DNA from: Eubacteriales bacterium | Lineage (GTDB): Bacteria; Bacillota; Clostridia; Oscillospirales; CAG-272 | NCBI GenBank assembly: GCA_045643285.1 | Contig: JAZUKN010000102.1 | Location: forward strand, 45,996 to 109,995 | DNA length: 64,000 bases | Reading direction: 5' to 3' | In this document: positions 27,515 through 38,055 of the stretch, in pieces | How the letters are laid out: each line of letters starts with the position of its first letter | Position numbering within the stretch: position 1 is the first letter of the stretch | Notes under the pieces: generated by a model | The model's database searches: none | Told to the model about the DNA's origin: nothing | What the model saw: only the letters and a program-made list of their open reading frames with translations | Made by a program: the position numbers and the translations under genes

Positions 27515-27934
27515 ATGTCTGAAAGAAAACTTACACGCCACGAAGCCAGAGAGCTTGCATTCAAGATCCTTTTTGCAAAGGACTTTGACCTTGAAGCCGA
27601 CGCAAAGGACTTTTACGGCGCGTTTATCGAAAACACCGAAGAAAAAACAAACGACTACGTTGAAGCTACGGTCATCGGAGTATCGGAAAAGCTCGGCGAG
27701 ATCGACGCACTTGTCGAATCGTCGTCGACAAATTGGAAAGTCTCCCGTATGTCCACCGCGACGAGAACCGTACTTCGTCTCGCCGTTTATGAGCTGACCG
27801 AAACGGAAACTCCGCCGAAGGTAGTCATCAACGAAGCCGTTGAGATAATCAAGCTGTACGACGAAGACAGCGCGCCGTCGTTCGTAAACGGCATACTCAA
27901 CCGTATCGCAAGAGAACGCGGACTTATCGCCTGA
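27515..27934 (+). CDS. nusB: transcription antitermination factor NusB
   Basis: The translation MSERKLTRHEARELAFKILF...VINEAVEIIK...FVNGILN matches NusB. A GGAG RBS is present. Confidence 0.92.
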   Translation: MSERKLTRHEARELAFKILFAKDFDLEADAKDFYGAFIENTEEKTNDYVEATVIGVSEKLGEIDALVESSSTNWKVSRMSTATRTVLRLAVYELTETETPPKVVINEAVEIIKLYDEDSAPSFVNGILNRIARERGLIA

Positions 27935-28905
27935 TGAAACGGCTTTTTCTCGCGCTCGACACGAGTAATTATACAACGTCATCGGCAGTGTGCGATGAAG
28001 ACGGCGGGATACTTCTGAACTTCAAGCGGCTTCTTCCCGTCAAAGAGGGCGAGAGGGGACTGAGACAGTCGGACGCGGTATTTCATCACGTCAAGGCACT
28101 TCCCGATGCGGCGAATGAGGTGAAGAGCGTTCTTTCGTGGGCTGACGGAGAGCTTACAGCCGTCGGCGTGTCTGCCTCTCCGCGTGACGTGGACGGCTCG
28201 TATATGCCGTGCTTCCTTTCGGGGATAGCGGCGGCAGAATATGCGTCTGCGTCTCATGGTGTTCAGCTGTACAGATTCTCGCACCAGGCAGGGCATATCA
28301 TGGCTGCTCTGTCGTCGGCTTGCAAAAACAGCGACACAGACAGAGAAAAGATGCTCGCGGAGCGCTTTCTCGCGTTCCACGTCTCCGGCGGAACCACCGA
28401 CTTGCTTCTCGTCGAGCCGGACGTCGAAAAGATCATAAAAATCACCGAGATAGGCGGAAGCCGCGACCTCCACGCCGGACAGGTCATCGACAGAACGGGA
28501 GTCAGAATGGGGCTCTCATTCCCGTGCGGAGCCGAGATGGACAAATCCGCTCTCGCATTCGACGGACGGGTGACAAAATGCGCTGTTTCGGTCGATCGGA
28601 CATACTGCAACCTGTCGGGACTCGAAAACAAAGCCGCCGAAATGTGGCAGAAAACGGGAGATGTCGGCGAAACATCGGCGTTTGTTCTGATGTTCGTCGC
28701 ACGCACGCTTGAAAAAATGACGCTCGCCGCTTTTGACGAATACGGAAAAATGCCCGTTGTCTACGCAGGCGGAGTAATGGCGTCGGGTTATATAAAACAG
28801 TACCTCTCGCGCTACGGGATGTTTTCGTCTCCCGAATATTCATCCGACAACGCGGCAGGAGTCGCACTTCTCACAGCAGAAAAATACAGAAGAGAACATA
28901 AATAA
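27934..28905 (+). CDS. Kae1/TsaD-like (peptidase M22/ASKHA fold) protein
   Basis: The translation LALDTSNYTTS...FHVSGGTTDLL resembles the TsaB/TsaD glycoprotease family. Its start and stop each overlap a neighbour by 1 nt. Confidence 0.65.
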   Translation: MKRLFLALDTSNYTTSSAVCDEDGGILLNFKRLLPVKEGERGLRQSDAVFHHVKALPDAANEVKSVLSWADGELTAVGVSASPRDVDGSYMPCFLSGIAAAEYASASHGVQLYRFSHQAGHIMAALSSACKNSDTDREKMLAERFLAFHVSGGTTDLLLVEPDVEKIIKITEIGGSRDLHAGQVIDRTGVRMGLSFPCGAEMDKSALAFDGRVTKCAVSVDRTYCNLSGLENKAAEMWQKTGDVGETSAFVLMFVARTLEKMTLAAFDEYGKMPVVYAGGVMASGYIKQYLSRYGMFSSPEYSSDNAAGVALLTAEKYRREHK

Positions 28906-30182
28906 TGGATTATTACGAAAACGAAGAAATGACCGGCTTCACGCCGAACAGATTCCCGGGAGCGCTGACCGTCACCCAGCTGAACGAATACGTTAAGCGG
29001 ATGATCGACTGCACACCGGAGCTAACCGACGTGTATATCAAGGGCGAAATATCGAACTTCAAGAACCACTACGCGACAGGGCATTTCTACTTCACCTTAA
29101 AGGATGAGGAAAGCCAGCTTCGCGCCGTGATATTCAAGTCGTACGCCGGAAAAATGAAATTCATGCCCGAAGACGGTATGAAAGTCACCGCGCACGGCAG
29201 AATCTCGTCGTTCGTGCGTGACGGAACTTATCAGATATACTGCGATTCCATGGAGCCGGACGGGGTAGGCGCGCTGTACGTCGCATTTGAACAGCTCAAA
29301 AAGAAGCTCGAGAGCGAAGGACTGTTCTCACCCGAACGGAAGAGACCGCTTCCGAAAATACCGTCGCGCGTCGGGATAATCACGTCGGCGACAGGCGCGG
29401 CGATACGCGATATGATAAACGTCTGCGGAAGAAGATTCCCGTTTGCAAAACTTGTTCTTTATCCGGCACTCGTGCAGGGAAAGGACGCACCGCCCTCACT
29501 TATCGAGGGAATGAAATATTTCAACCGCACGCATAGCGTCGACGTTATAATAATCGGACGCGGCGGCGGCTCTATCGAAGATTTGTGGGCGTTCAACGAC
29601 GAAGAGCTTGCTCGTGCCGTTGCGGCATCGGAGATACCCGTAATATCGGCAGTCGGACATGAAACCGATTTCACGATCTGCGACTTCGTAGCCGATAAAC
29701 GCGCACCCACACCGTCGGCGGCGGCAGAGCTTGCCGTTCCCGATACGGCGGAACTCAAGAGAAAAATATCGAACATCGTCACACGCGAGGCGGACGTGCT
29801 TTCGTCTCATATAAAATACCGCCGCGAACGGCTCGAAACACTCTCTAAAAACAGAGTACTGACAAACCCCATGGCGTTCGTCGAAGATAAGCGAATGGCG
29901 CTCGAATCGGCGTTTGATCGGATCGTCAGAGCAGAGACAACATCGGTTCAGATTAAGAAATCGTCCCTTGCGGCTGACGCGGGAAAGCTCAGCGCACTCA
30001 ATCCTCTCGCTGTCCTTTCGCGTGGCTACAGCGCAGTTTATAAGGACGGCGGCGGACTTGTCAGATCCGTGGACGACGTGAAAACGGGCGACAAAGTCGA
30101 GTTCCGTACGATAGGCGGCTCGGCTCTCTGCACGGTAGACGAAGTGAAGAAAACGAAAAAGACGAAGAAATCGGAGATATAA
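28905..30182 (+). CDS. xseA: exodeoxyribonuclease VII large subunit
   Basis: OB-fold N-terminus (VYIKGEISNFKNHYATGHFYFTLKD), the motif GRGGGSIEDLWAFN and a coiled-coil C-terminus. Confidence 0.93.
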   Translation: MDYYENEEMTGFTPNRFPGALTVTQLNEYVKRMIDCTPELTDVYIKGEISNFKNHYATGHFYFTLKDEESQLRAVIFKSYAGKMKFMPEDGMKVTAHGRISSFVRDGTYQIYCDSMEPDGVGALYVAFEQLKKKLESEGLFSPERKRPLPKIPSRVGIITSATGAAIRDMINVCGRRFPFAKLVLYPALVQGKDAPPSLIEGMKYFNRTHSVDVIIIGRGGGSIEDLWAFNDEELARAVAASEIPVISAVGHETDFTICDFVADKRAPTPSAAAELAVPDTAELKRKISNIVTREADVLSSHIKYRRERLETLSKNRVLTNPMAFVEDKRMALESAFDRIVRAETTSVQIKKSSLAADAGKLSALNPLAVLSRGYSAVYKDGGGLVRSVDDVKTGDKVEFRTIGGSALCTVDEVKKTKKTKKSEI

Positions 30183-30188
30183 ATCACA

Positions 30189-30416
30189 ATGGGTGAAAAG
30201 AAAGAATTATCATTTGAAGAAGCAATGGTGCGCCTCGAAGAGATCGTCCGTCTGCTTGAGGGCGGCGGTGCGGCACTTGACACATCTCTCGCGCTGTTTG
30301 AAGAGGGAGTCGGACTTGTCAAGCTCTGTAACGCAAAGCTCGACGGTGCGGAGCAGAAAGTGAAAATGCTCGTAAAAGGTGACGACGGCGAAATGACCGA
30401 AACGGATATGAAGTGA
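30189..30416 (+). CDS. xseB: exodeoxyribonuclease VII small subunit
   Basis: 75 aa. The translation SFEEAMVRLEEIVRLLEGG...LALFEEG matches XseB. Confidence 0.9.
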   Translation: MGEKKELSFEEAMVRLEEIVRLLEGGGAALDTSLALFEEGVGLVKLCNAKLDGAEQKVKMLVKGDDGEMTETDMK

Positions 30417-30426
30417 GAGACGAAAA

Positions 30427-31308
30427 ATGACTGATTTTGAAAAGAAACTCAAATCCGCGGCTGAAAAAACGGAAGCCGCACTTGACTTATACCTGAGCGA
30501 AGAAAGTTGCGGCAATACCGTTCTGCGCGACGCGATGAGATACTCAACGCTCGGTGGCGGAAAACGTATACGCGCGTTTCTCACACTTGAATTCTGCCGT
30601 ATGTTCGGCGGAAGTGAAGAAGCCGCTCTCCCGTTTGCCTGTGCTGTCGAATGTATTCACGCATATTCGCTGATACACGACGATCTGCCGTGCATGGACA
30701 ACGACGATATGCGCCGCGGTAAGCCGTCCTGCCATAAAAAATTCGGATACGCCGAAGCACTTCTCGCAGGCGACGGACTGCTCACACTCGCTTTTGCAAT
30801 TCTCACGTCAAATGAAAACGTCTCGTCGGGTGCAATCAACGCCGCTACATACGAACTGTCAACCTGCGCAGGAGCAGTCGGCATGGTAGGCGGTCAGGTA
30901 CTTGACATGGCGGCGGATGTCGATAACTACGAAGCACTGTGCGAAATTTATTACGGCAAAACGAGCGCGCTGATTCTTTCTGCCTGCCATCTCGGTTATT
31001 TTGCGGCAGATAACGGTGTCACAGATGAAGATTGTAAGAACATCGGAGTGTATGCCGCAAAGCTCGGCATCGCGTTCCAGATACACGACGATATCCTCGA
31101 CGTGAAGAGCAACGCGGAAACGCTCGGCAAACCGATAGGAAGCGACGAGCGGAACGGCAAAAAAACAGTGCTTAAATTCATGACACTCGAAGAAGCGGAA
31201 GCCGAAGAAAAACGGCTCACCGAGGAAGCAATAGAAGCAATATCGGGCTACAAAAACAACGAAAATCTGATCGCGCTTGCAAAGTGGCTGATCACGAGAA
31301 CAAAATGA
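30427..31308 (+). CDS. ispA: polyprenyl (farnesyl) diphosphate synthase
   Basis: The two Asp-rich motifs are LIHDDLPCMDNDDMRRG and FQIHDDILD. Confidence 0.9.
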   Translation: MTDFEKKLKSAAEKTEAALDLYLSEESCGNTVLRDAMRYSTLGGGKRIRAFLTLEFCRMFGGSEEAALPFACAVECIHAYSLIHDDLPCMDNDDMRRGKPSCHKKFGYAEALLAGDGLLTLAFAILTSNENVSSGAINAATYELSTCAGAVGMVGGQVLDMAADVDNYEALCEIYYGKTSALILSACHLGYFAADNGVTDEDCKNIGVYAAKLGIAFQIHDDILDVKSNAETLGKPIGSDERNGKKTVLKFMTLEEAEAEEKRLTEEAIEAISGYKNNENLIALAKWLITRTK

Positions 31309-32078
31309 GACTTGACGCTTTTCTCGCGGAGAAAGGACTCGTAAAAAGCCGTACACGCGCCGCCGAAATGATAAAAAACGGACTTGTAACGGTAAACGGC
31401 AAAACTGCCGCAAAGCCGTCGCTTGAGGTTGACGAGAGCGACGATATATCCGTCAAAGACGAAGAAAACACCTTCGTCGGGCGCGGCGGACTTAAGCTCG
31501 AGGGCGCACTGAAAGCGTTTTCGCTTGACGTGACGGGAAAGATTTGCGCGGATATAGGCGCGTCGACCGGCGGATTTACCGACTGCATCCTCTCCCACGG
31601 CGCAAAGCACGTTTACGCAGTTGACGCAGGGCACGGACAGCTTGACGAAAAGCTGATCTCCGACAGCCGCGTGACGAATCTCGAAGGGATCAACGCGCGG
31701 TATATGACGGACGATACGCTCCCCGAAAAATGCACAGTCGCCGTAATGGATCTGTCGTTCATATCACAGACGCTCGTTCTGCCTGCACTTACAAAGATAA
31801 TCACACCGGACGCAGACGTCGTGACGCTTATAAAGCCGCAGTTTGAATGCGGACGCGCCGCGCTCTCGAAAAACGGTATCGTAAAAGACAAAAAACAGCA
31901 TATAATGGCAATACGTTCTGTCACATCGGCGGCGGTGGCTTGTGGGCTTATGCCGCAGAAAATCGCGTTGTCCCCGATAAAGGGCGGCGACGGAAACCGT
32001 GAATTTCTGCTGTACGCAAAGTACGGCGGACACTCTCTCGTGACGGAAGACGACATAAGGAGGGTTACGGATGAATAA
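31305..32078 (+). CDS. tlyA: TlyA-family rRNA (cytidine-2'-O)-methyltransferase
   Basis: S4-like N-terminus (MRLDAFLAEKGLVKSRTRA) and a DIGASTGGFTD SAM motif. An ATGA overlap joins it to ispA. Confidence 0.9.
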   Translation: MRLDAFLAEKGLVKSRTRAAEMIKNGLVTVNGKTAAKPSLEVDESDDISVKDEENTFVGRGGLKLEGALKAFSLDVTGKICADIGASTGGFTDCILSHGAKHVYAVDAGHGQLDEKLISDSRVTNLEGINARYMTDDTLPEKCTVAVMDLSFISQTLVLPALTKIITPDADVVTLIKPQFECGRAALSKNGIVKDKKQHIMAIRSVTSAAVACGLMPQKIALSPIKGGDGNREFLLYAKYGGHSLVTEDDIRRVTDE

Positions 32079-32931
32079 ACCCGAAAAGATCATTCTTATC
32101 CCGAATACAGAAAAGAACATATCCGATAAAGTAACGCTGTCTCTTATAGACCGACTTACGTCAAGCGGATGCACGGTCAGCGTGTTTCCGGACTCCGGAA
32201 TAACCGACTCCCGTGTCCGCAGAATAACGGGCGATGAAGAAATATCCGACTGCGACGCGGCGCTCGTCCTCGGAGGCGACGGCTCGATAATCGAAGCGGA
32301 GCACCGCCTGCTTGGATTTGATATTCCCGTAATGGGGATAAACTTCGGGCACGTCGGATTCCTCACGGAGCTTGAAAAAGAGGAACTGCCGCTCGTCGAT
32401 AAACTGCTCGCAGGGGAATACACAGTTGACAGCAGAATGCTTCTGACTGCAACGGTGACAGACTCCACAGGAAAAGTGAAATCCGAATATAACGTCCTCA
32501 ATGACGCGGTGCTGACGAACGGCCCTGTCGCAAGAATGATAACGTTCGATATTTTCTCGGGCGGCGAAAAGCTCGAAACTGTCCGCGCGGACGGATTTAT
32601 CGTCTCGACTCCGACAGGCTCGACTGCATATTCGCTATCAGCCGGCGGACCGGTGCTTGATCCTGCGCTTGACGGGATAGTGCTGACTCCGATATGTCCG
32701 CACACGCTGACTTCGCGCCCGATAGTCTTCCGCGGAGATATGGCGCTCGCGTTCCGTGTCGTTTCGTCGAACTCCTCGGGAGTGTACCTGACTGCCGACG
32801 GACGGGAAGAGACGAAAGTCTCGGAAGACGACACCGTGACCGTGAGAAAGTCCGAATATACCGCGCGGCTCATACGGATAAAGAAAACGGGGTTCGTCGA
32901 AGTGTTGCGCTCCAAGCTGTCCGAACAGTAA
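32071..32931 (+). CDS. nadK: NAD kinase
   Basis: Motifs GGDGS and STPTGSTAYSLSAGGP. Confidence 0.93.
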   Translation: MNKPEKIILIPNTEKNISDKVTLSLIDRLTSSGCTVSVFPDSGITDSRVRRITGDEEISDCDAALVLGGDGSIIEAEHRLLGFDIPVMGINFGHVGFLTELEKEELPLVDKLLAGEYTVDSRMLLTATVTDSTGKVKSEYNVLNDAVLTNGPVARMITFDIFSGGEKLETVRADGFIVSTPTGSTAYSLSAGGPVLDPALDGIVLTPICPHTLTSRPIVFRGDMALAFRVVSSNSSGVYLTADGREETKVSEDDTVTVRKSEYTARLIRIKKTGFVEVLRSKLSEQ

Positions 32932-32981
32932 AAATAAAGAAGAAAAAATAAATAAGCCGAAAACGGCTGAAAGGAAAATAT

Positions 32982-33434
32982 ATGAAAACCAAAAGACACA
33001 ACAAAATTCTTGAAATCGTAGAGAATTACGATATCGAGACACAGGAAGACCTTATTGAAAAGCTGAAGGTCGAGGGCTTTGACGTAACACAGGCGACTGT
33101 TTCACGCGACATCAGAGAACTGAAACTGCTCAAGCAGATGTCCGAGACGGGAACGTATAAATACGTTATCCCGAAAGCCGGAAGCGCAGATAACAGCCAC
33201 GTTTATTCCCGCGCACTCGCGGGCTCGGTAAAGAGCGTTGAATTTGCGCTCAACAACATCGTCATCAAGACGTATCCGGGACTTGCAAACGCCGTTGCCG
33301 CAGGAGTTGACGCAATGCGTGAAAAGGACATCCTCGGCTGTGTCGCGGGAGACGACTGCATCGTTATCGTTGCAAGAGACGTAGAATCCGCAGAGCAGAT
33401 CACGGCAAAGATACAGAAGTACGTCAACGCATAA
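32982..33434 (+). CDS. argR: arginine repressor
   Basis: 150 aa. The translation RHNKILEIVENYDIETQEDL...ATVSRDIREL...GCVAGDDCIVIV matches ArgR. Confidence 0.93.
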   Translation: MKTKRHNKILEIVENYDIETQEDLIEKLKVEGFDVTQATVSRDIRELKLLKQMSETGTYKYVIPKAGSADNSHVYSRALAGSVKSVEFALNNIVIKTYPGLANAVAAGVDAMREKDILGCVAGDDCIVIVARDVESAEQITAKIQKYVNA

Positions 33435-33454
33435 AATGAGAGGAATGAGAGAAT

Positions 33455-35149
33455 ATGCTCTCAAGCTTGTATATTGAAAACATAGCTGTCGCAAAACGGC
33501 TGACTGTCGATTTTTCGTCCGGATTTACCGTTATCACGGGTAAGACCGGTGCCGGGAAGTCGATAGTTATCGACTCGCTTCTTCTTCTCTGCGGCGCAAA
33601 GAACGCACGCGAGCTTATCAGAAGCGGAGAAGAAAAGGCGACAGTCTCGGCGGTGTTCTCGGTGTCCGACGACGAGCGGAAAACCGTGGCGGAATACGAC
33701 GTGGAGCCGGACGAAAACGGGGAGATCGAAATAACCCGTACCGTCACATCCGACGGACGCTCCGGAGCGAAGATTAACCGCCGCAGTGTTCCGCTGTCGC
33801 TTCTCAAGGACGTAACTCCGAAGCTGATCGCCATTCAGACGCAGAACGAACGGAGCGAATTTGCCGACAAATCGGGATATACCGCGATGCTTGACTCATA
33901 TGCCGATTCGGACGGGCTGCTTGACTCCTATAAATCGTGCTACGCCGAGCTTACCTCTGTCAGAAACCGCATCTCGGAGCTTCAGAAAGCGCTGAGAGAG
34001 AGGGATATGATGCTCGACATCTTAAAGTATCAGAAGAAAGAGATAGAAGCCGCAAAGCTCTCCGACGACGAAGAAAAAGAAAAGCTCGAAAAGCTCCGTA
34101 CGAAGATACGCTCGCTTGAAAAGGTGTCGAAATGCCGCACGGTCGTCGAGAGGGCGCTGTCGTCGAACGAAAAAGGCGTGACAGCCGCGTACCTCATCGA
34201 AAGAGCGGAAACGGCAATTTCACAGCTTTCCGACGTTCTCGACGGAGCGGACGAAATGGCGCATAAGCTCGAATCGTTCCGCTATGAGATACTCGACATA
34301 GCAGAAAGAGTGAACGACGTGCTCGACGACGGAGACATCGGAAACCCCGATGAAAAACTGACGCAGATCGAGCGGAGGCTTTCGCTTATCGAAAAGCTCG
34401 AAAAGAAATACGGCACGGATATTTCGGGGATAAAAGCAAAGCGCGACGAGATAGCGGAGAAAATTTCCGATCTCGAAGACGGGGACTTCCGCCTCGAAGA
34501 ACTCGGAAAAGCCCTTCTTGAAGCCGAAAACAAGGCGACAGAGGCGGCTGAAAAGCTGTCCGCAAAGCGCAGGGAAGCCGGAGAAAAGCTCGCCGCAGAG
34601 ATAATCAAATCGCTTGTATTTCTCGATATGCCTAAAGTGAGATTCCATATCTCCGTTGATCCCGTGAAGGAAAAAGGAAAGTACGTCTTCACGCCGAGCG
34701 GCTACGACGACGTTGATTTTCTCATATCAGTGAATGTGGGTGAAGACATCGGTTCTCTCGGTAAAGTCTCATCTGGCGGCGAGCTGTCGAGAATAACGCT
34801 TGCCGTGAAGACCGCGTTTGCCGGAAAGAGCGGCGCGGGATGCCTTGTGTTCGACGAAATAGATACCGGAGTATCGGGAGGAACGTCCGAAAAGATCGGT
34901 AAAATGCTCTCGTCTCTCGGTGAGAGAACGCAGGTCATTTCCGTAACGCACTCACCGCAGATCGCGTCAATCGCGTCACATCATCTGCTTATCGAAAAGC
35001 ACGAATCGGACGGCAGGACGGAGAGCGCAGTCCGTGAGATATCGGGAGAAGAACGCACGTCGGAGATCGCACGGATAATCGGCGGCGTGTCAGTAACCGA
35101 AAAGCAGACGGCGGCGGCAGAAGAAATGCTCCGCAATAACAAAAACTGA
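33455..35149 (+). CDS. recN: DNA repair protein RecN
   Basis: Walker A (GKTGAGKS), a long coiled coil, the SGGELSR signature and LVFDEIDTG. Confidence 0.95.
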   Translation: MLSSLYIENIAVAKRLTVDFSSGFTVITGKTGAGKSIVIDSLLLLCGAKNARELIRSGEEKATVSAVFSVSDDERKTVAEYDVEPDENGEIEITRTVTSDGRSGAKINRRSVPLSLLKDVTPKLIAIQTQNERSEFADKSGYTAMLDSYADSDGLLDSYKSCYAELTSVRNRISELQKALRERDMMLDILKYQKKEIEAAKLSDDEEKEKLEKLRTKIRSLEKVSKCRTVVERALSSNEKGVTAAYLIERAETAISQLSDVLDGADEMAHKLESFRYEILDIAERVNDVLDDGDIGNPDEKLTQIERRLSLIEKLEKKYGTDISGIKAKRDEIAEKISDLEDGDFRLEELGKALLEAENKATEAAEKLSAKRREAGEKLAAEIIKSLVFLDMPKVRFHISVDPVKEKGKYVFTPSGYDDVDFLISVNVGEDIGSLGKVSSGGELSRITLAVKTAFAGKSGAGCLVFDEIDTGVSGGTSEKIGKMLSSLGERTQVISVTHSPQIASIASHHLLIEKHESDGRTESAVREISGEERTSEIARIIGGVSVTEKQTAAAEEMLRNNKN

Positions 35150-35185
35150 AAACAAAATAATCTATATAAAAAAGAGGACAGACAA

Positions 35186-36409
35186 ATGACAATTTTTGAC
35201 GAACTGAAAGCGCGCGGTCTCATCGCGCAGATGACAAACGAAGAAGAGATCAAGAATCTTATCAATAACGGCAAAGCAACATTTTATATCGGATTTGACT
35301 GCACCGCGGACAGCCTCACAGCCGGTCACTTCATGGCACTCACACTTATGAAGAGACTCCAGATGGCAGGAAATAAGCCGATCGCTCTTATCGGCGGCGG
35401 TACAACGATGATCGGCGACCCGTCCGGCAGAACGGATATGCGTAAGATGCTCACGAAAGAAGACATCGACCACAACGCAGAGTGCTTCAAGAGACAGATG
35501 GAGAGATTCATCGACTTCGGCGAAGGCAAGGCAAGAATGATCAACAACGCTGACTGGCTTCTCAAGCTCAATTATGTAGAGCTTCTCCGTGAAGTCGGTG
35601 CTTGCTTCTCCGTAAATAATATGCTCCGCGCCGAATGCTATAAGCAGAGAATGGAAAAAGGACTTTCGTTCCTTGAATTCAACTATATGATCATGCAGTC
35701 TTACGACTTCTACTACCTCTTCAAGAATTACGACTGCAACTTCCAGTTCGGCGGCGACGACCAGTGGTCGAATATGCTCGGCGGCACAGAGCTTATCAGA
35801 CGTAAGCTCGGCAAGGACGCGAACGCAATGACGATCACGCTTCTCACCGACTCGCAGGGCAAGAAAATGGGCAAGACCGCCGGCAACGCCGTATGGCTCG
35901 ATCCGAATAAGACAAGCCCGTTCGACTTCTACCAGTACTGGAGAAACGTCGGCGACTCCGATGTAATGAAGTGCATCCGTATGCTCACATTCCTGCCGCT
36001 TGAACAGATCGACGAAATGGACAAGTGGGAAGGCGGAGAGCTCAACAAAGCAAAAGAGATCCTCGCATACGAGCTTACAAAAATGGTACACGGCGAAGAA
36101 GAAGCCGAAAAGGCACAGCAAAGCGCAAGAGCACTGTTCGCAGGCGGCGGAAGCACCGAAAATATGCCCACGACTACTCTCACTGACGACAACTTCACCG
36201 ACGGTAAGATAGCAGTCCTTGATATGCTCACCGTAAGCGGTCTTTGCCCGTCCAAGGGAGAGGGAAGACGCCTTATCCAACAGGGCGGTATCCTCGTCAA
36301 TGACGAAAAAGTCACAGACGTTTACGCCGCATACGAAAAATCGGCGTTCGAGGGCGACGGTATCATCCTCAAAAAAGGCAAGAAGACTTATCAGAAGTTT
36401 GTTATATAA
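35186..36409 (+). CDS. tyrS: tyrosine--tRNA ligase
   Basis: HIGH-type motif (SLTAGH), KMGKT (the KMSKS motif) and a C-terminal S4 domain. Confidence 0.95.
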   Translation: MTIFDELKARGLIAQMTNEEEIKNLINNGKATFYIGFDCTADSLTAGHFMALTLMKRLQMAGNKPIALIGGGTTMIGDPSGRTDMRKMLTKEDIDHNAECFKRQMERFIDFGEGKARMINNADWLLKLNYVELLREVGACFSVNNMLRAECYKQRMEKGLSFLEFNYMIMQSYDFYYLFKNYDCNFQFGGDDQWSNMLGGTELIRRKLGKDANAMTITLLTDSQGKKMGKTAGNAVWLDPNKTSPFDFYQYWRNVGDSDVMKCIRMLTFLPLEQIDEMDKWEGGELNKAKEILAYELTKMVHGEEEAEKAQQSARALFAGGGSTENMPTTTLTDDNFTDGKIAVLDMLTVSGLCPSKGEGRRLIQQGGILVNDEKVTDVYAAYEKSAFEGDGIILKKGKKTYQKFVI

Positions 36410-36419
36410 ACATAATTCG

Positions 36420-38054
36420 ATGAAAAAATACGATTATCTTCTCTTTGACGCGGACAATACTCTGTTTGATTTCACAAAAGCGGAGTATAATGCGTTCAAG
36501 GTGACGGCGGAGTACGGCTCTCTCGATTATTCGGAGGAGCTGTATTCTCGCTATTCGGCAATAAACGACGAACTGTGGAAACGGCTTGAGAAGAAAGAGA
36601 TAACTCTTGATTTTCTGAAAACCGAGCGTTTTTATCAGCTTCTTTTGTCGTGCGGTTACGACAGCGGAGACGGTACTCTCGCAAAGGCTGCCGAACTCAG
36701 AGATAAGTATATGACATCTCTCGCGTCCGAAGCGTGCCTCATCGACGGCGCGTCCGAAGTATGCCATAACTTAAAAAAGAGCCATAAAATGTACCTCATT
36801 ACGAACGGCATCTCGATGATACAGCGTTCGCGTCTCGCCAAATCCGCACTGGCTGACGTTTTCGACGGCGTGTTCATCTCGGAAGAAATGGGCGTCGCCA
36901 AGCCGTCGGTTGCATATTTCGAAAAAGTTCTCGCGTCGATAGGCGACGGTGACCGCAGAAAATATCTTGTGATCGGCGATTCGCTCACCTCCGACTGCGA
37001 CGGCGCTATCGCATACGGACTTGACGTTTGCCGCTATAATCCCGAAGAAAAACCGTCAGACGGTAGAGAACTCACATATAATGTTAAAAAGCTCACGGAG
37101 CTTTACGACATTCTCGGAGTCAATATGACCGCAAGCTACGAAAAACTGCGCTCACTCATCACTGAGTATAATAATTCCGGAAAAGGACAGATAACCGTCC
37201 GCGAAAACGAGCCGATGTCCGCTCATACTTCTTTCAGGATCGGCGGTACTGCGGACTTGTTCCTGATACCGCAGGATGAAGAATCTCTTGTATCCCTTGC
37301 GGGTATGATAAAGTTGACTGACACACGCGCGTTCTTCCTCGGCAACGGGACAAATCTCCTGTTCTCCGACGAAGGCTACCGCGGCGCTGTCGTATCATTC
37401 GCCGAGCTTCGCGGGATCAAAGTCGACGGAAACCGCATCACCGCAGGCGCAGGCGCGTCACTTACGACTGTCTGCAAAACCGCGCGTGACTCTTCTCTCA
37501 CCGGAATGGAAACCGCGTACGGCATACCCGGCTCAGTCGGCGGTGCGGTCTATATGAACGCAGGCGCATACGGCGGACAGATAGCCGATGTGCTTGAAAC
37601 GAGCCGATTCCTCGACACAGATACGCTTGAGATAGGCGAAATTACGCTTGACGAACACCGCTTCGGCTATAGAGAAAGCATTTATAAACACACGAACCGC
37701 ATCGTGCTGTCGGCAACGTTTTCGCTGTCATACGGCGACAAAGACGAGATCGGTGCAAGGATGAACGAGATCATGCAGCGTCGCGTCGATAAGCAGCCGC
37801 TTGAATATCCGAGCGCAGGTTCTGTCTTCAAGCGCCCGGAAGGTCACTTCGCAGGGCAGTTGATCGAAGAAAGCGGACTGAAAGGTCTTACGGTCGGCGG
37901 CGCACAGGTAAGCGAAAAGCACGCCGGATTTATAATCAATAAAGGCGGCGCAACCGAAAAGGATGTGCGCGGACTTATCGAAAAAATCATCGAAACGATA
38001 GAGAAAAACTACGGCTTCCGTCTTGAGACCGAAGTCATTTCCGTAGGTCCGTGA
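36420..38054 (+). CDS. murB: in-frame fusion of a HAD-IA phosphatase (YjjG-like) and UDP-N-acetylenolpyruvoylglucosamine reductase (MurB)
   Basis: The N-terminal part (YLLFDADNTLFD...ITNG...GDSLTSD) is HAD. From about 37125 (MTASYEKL...SFRIGGTADL...GSVFKRP...) it is a full-length MurB. No stop codon separates them. An internal ATG at 37125 is preceded by GGAG. Confidence 0.85.
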   Translation: MKKYDYLLFDADNTLFDFTKAEYNAFKVTAEYGSLDYSEELYSRYSAINDELWKRLEKKEITLDFLKTERFYQLLLSCGYDSGDGTLAKAAELRDKYMTSLASEACLIDGASEVCHNLKKSHKMYLITNGISMIQRSRLAKSALADVFDGVFISEEMGVAKPSVAYFEKVLASIGDGDRRKYLVIGDSLTSDCDGAIAYGLDVCRYNPEEKPSDGRELTYNVKKLTELYDILGVNMTASYEKLRSLITEYNNSGKGQITVRENEPMSAHTSFRIGGTADLFLIPQDEESLVSLAGMIKLTDTRAFFLGNGTNLLFSDEGYRGAVVSFAELRGIKVDGNRITAGAGASLTTVCKTARDSSLTGMETAYGIPGSVGGAVYMNAGAYGGQIADVLETSRFLDTDTLEIGEITLDEHRFGYRESIYKHTNRIVLSATFSLSYGDKDEIGARMNEIMQRRVDKQPLEYPSAGSVFKRPEGHFAGQLIEESGLKGLTVGGAQVSEKHAGFIINKGGATEKDVRGLIEKIIETIEKNYGFRLETEVISVGP

Positions 38055-38055
38055 T

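Noticed and set aside
36300-36419. The upstream extension of the HAD-MurB ORF, which overlaps the end of tyrS.
   Set aside because: The extension is K/R/S-rich and lies inside tyrS coding sequence in another frame. The HAD fold begins at the MKKYDYLLFDADNTLFD start at 36420.
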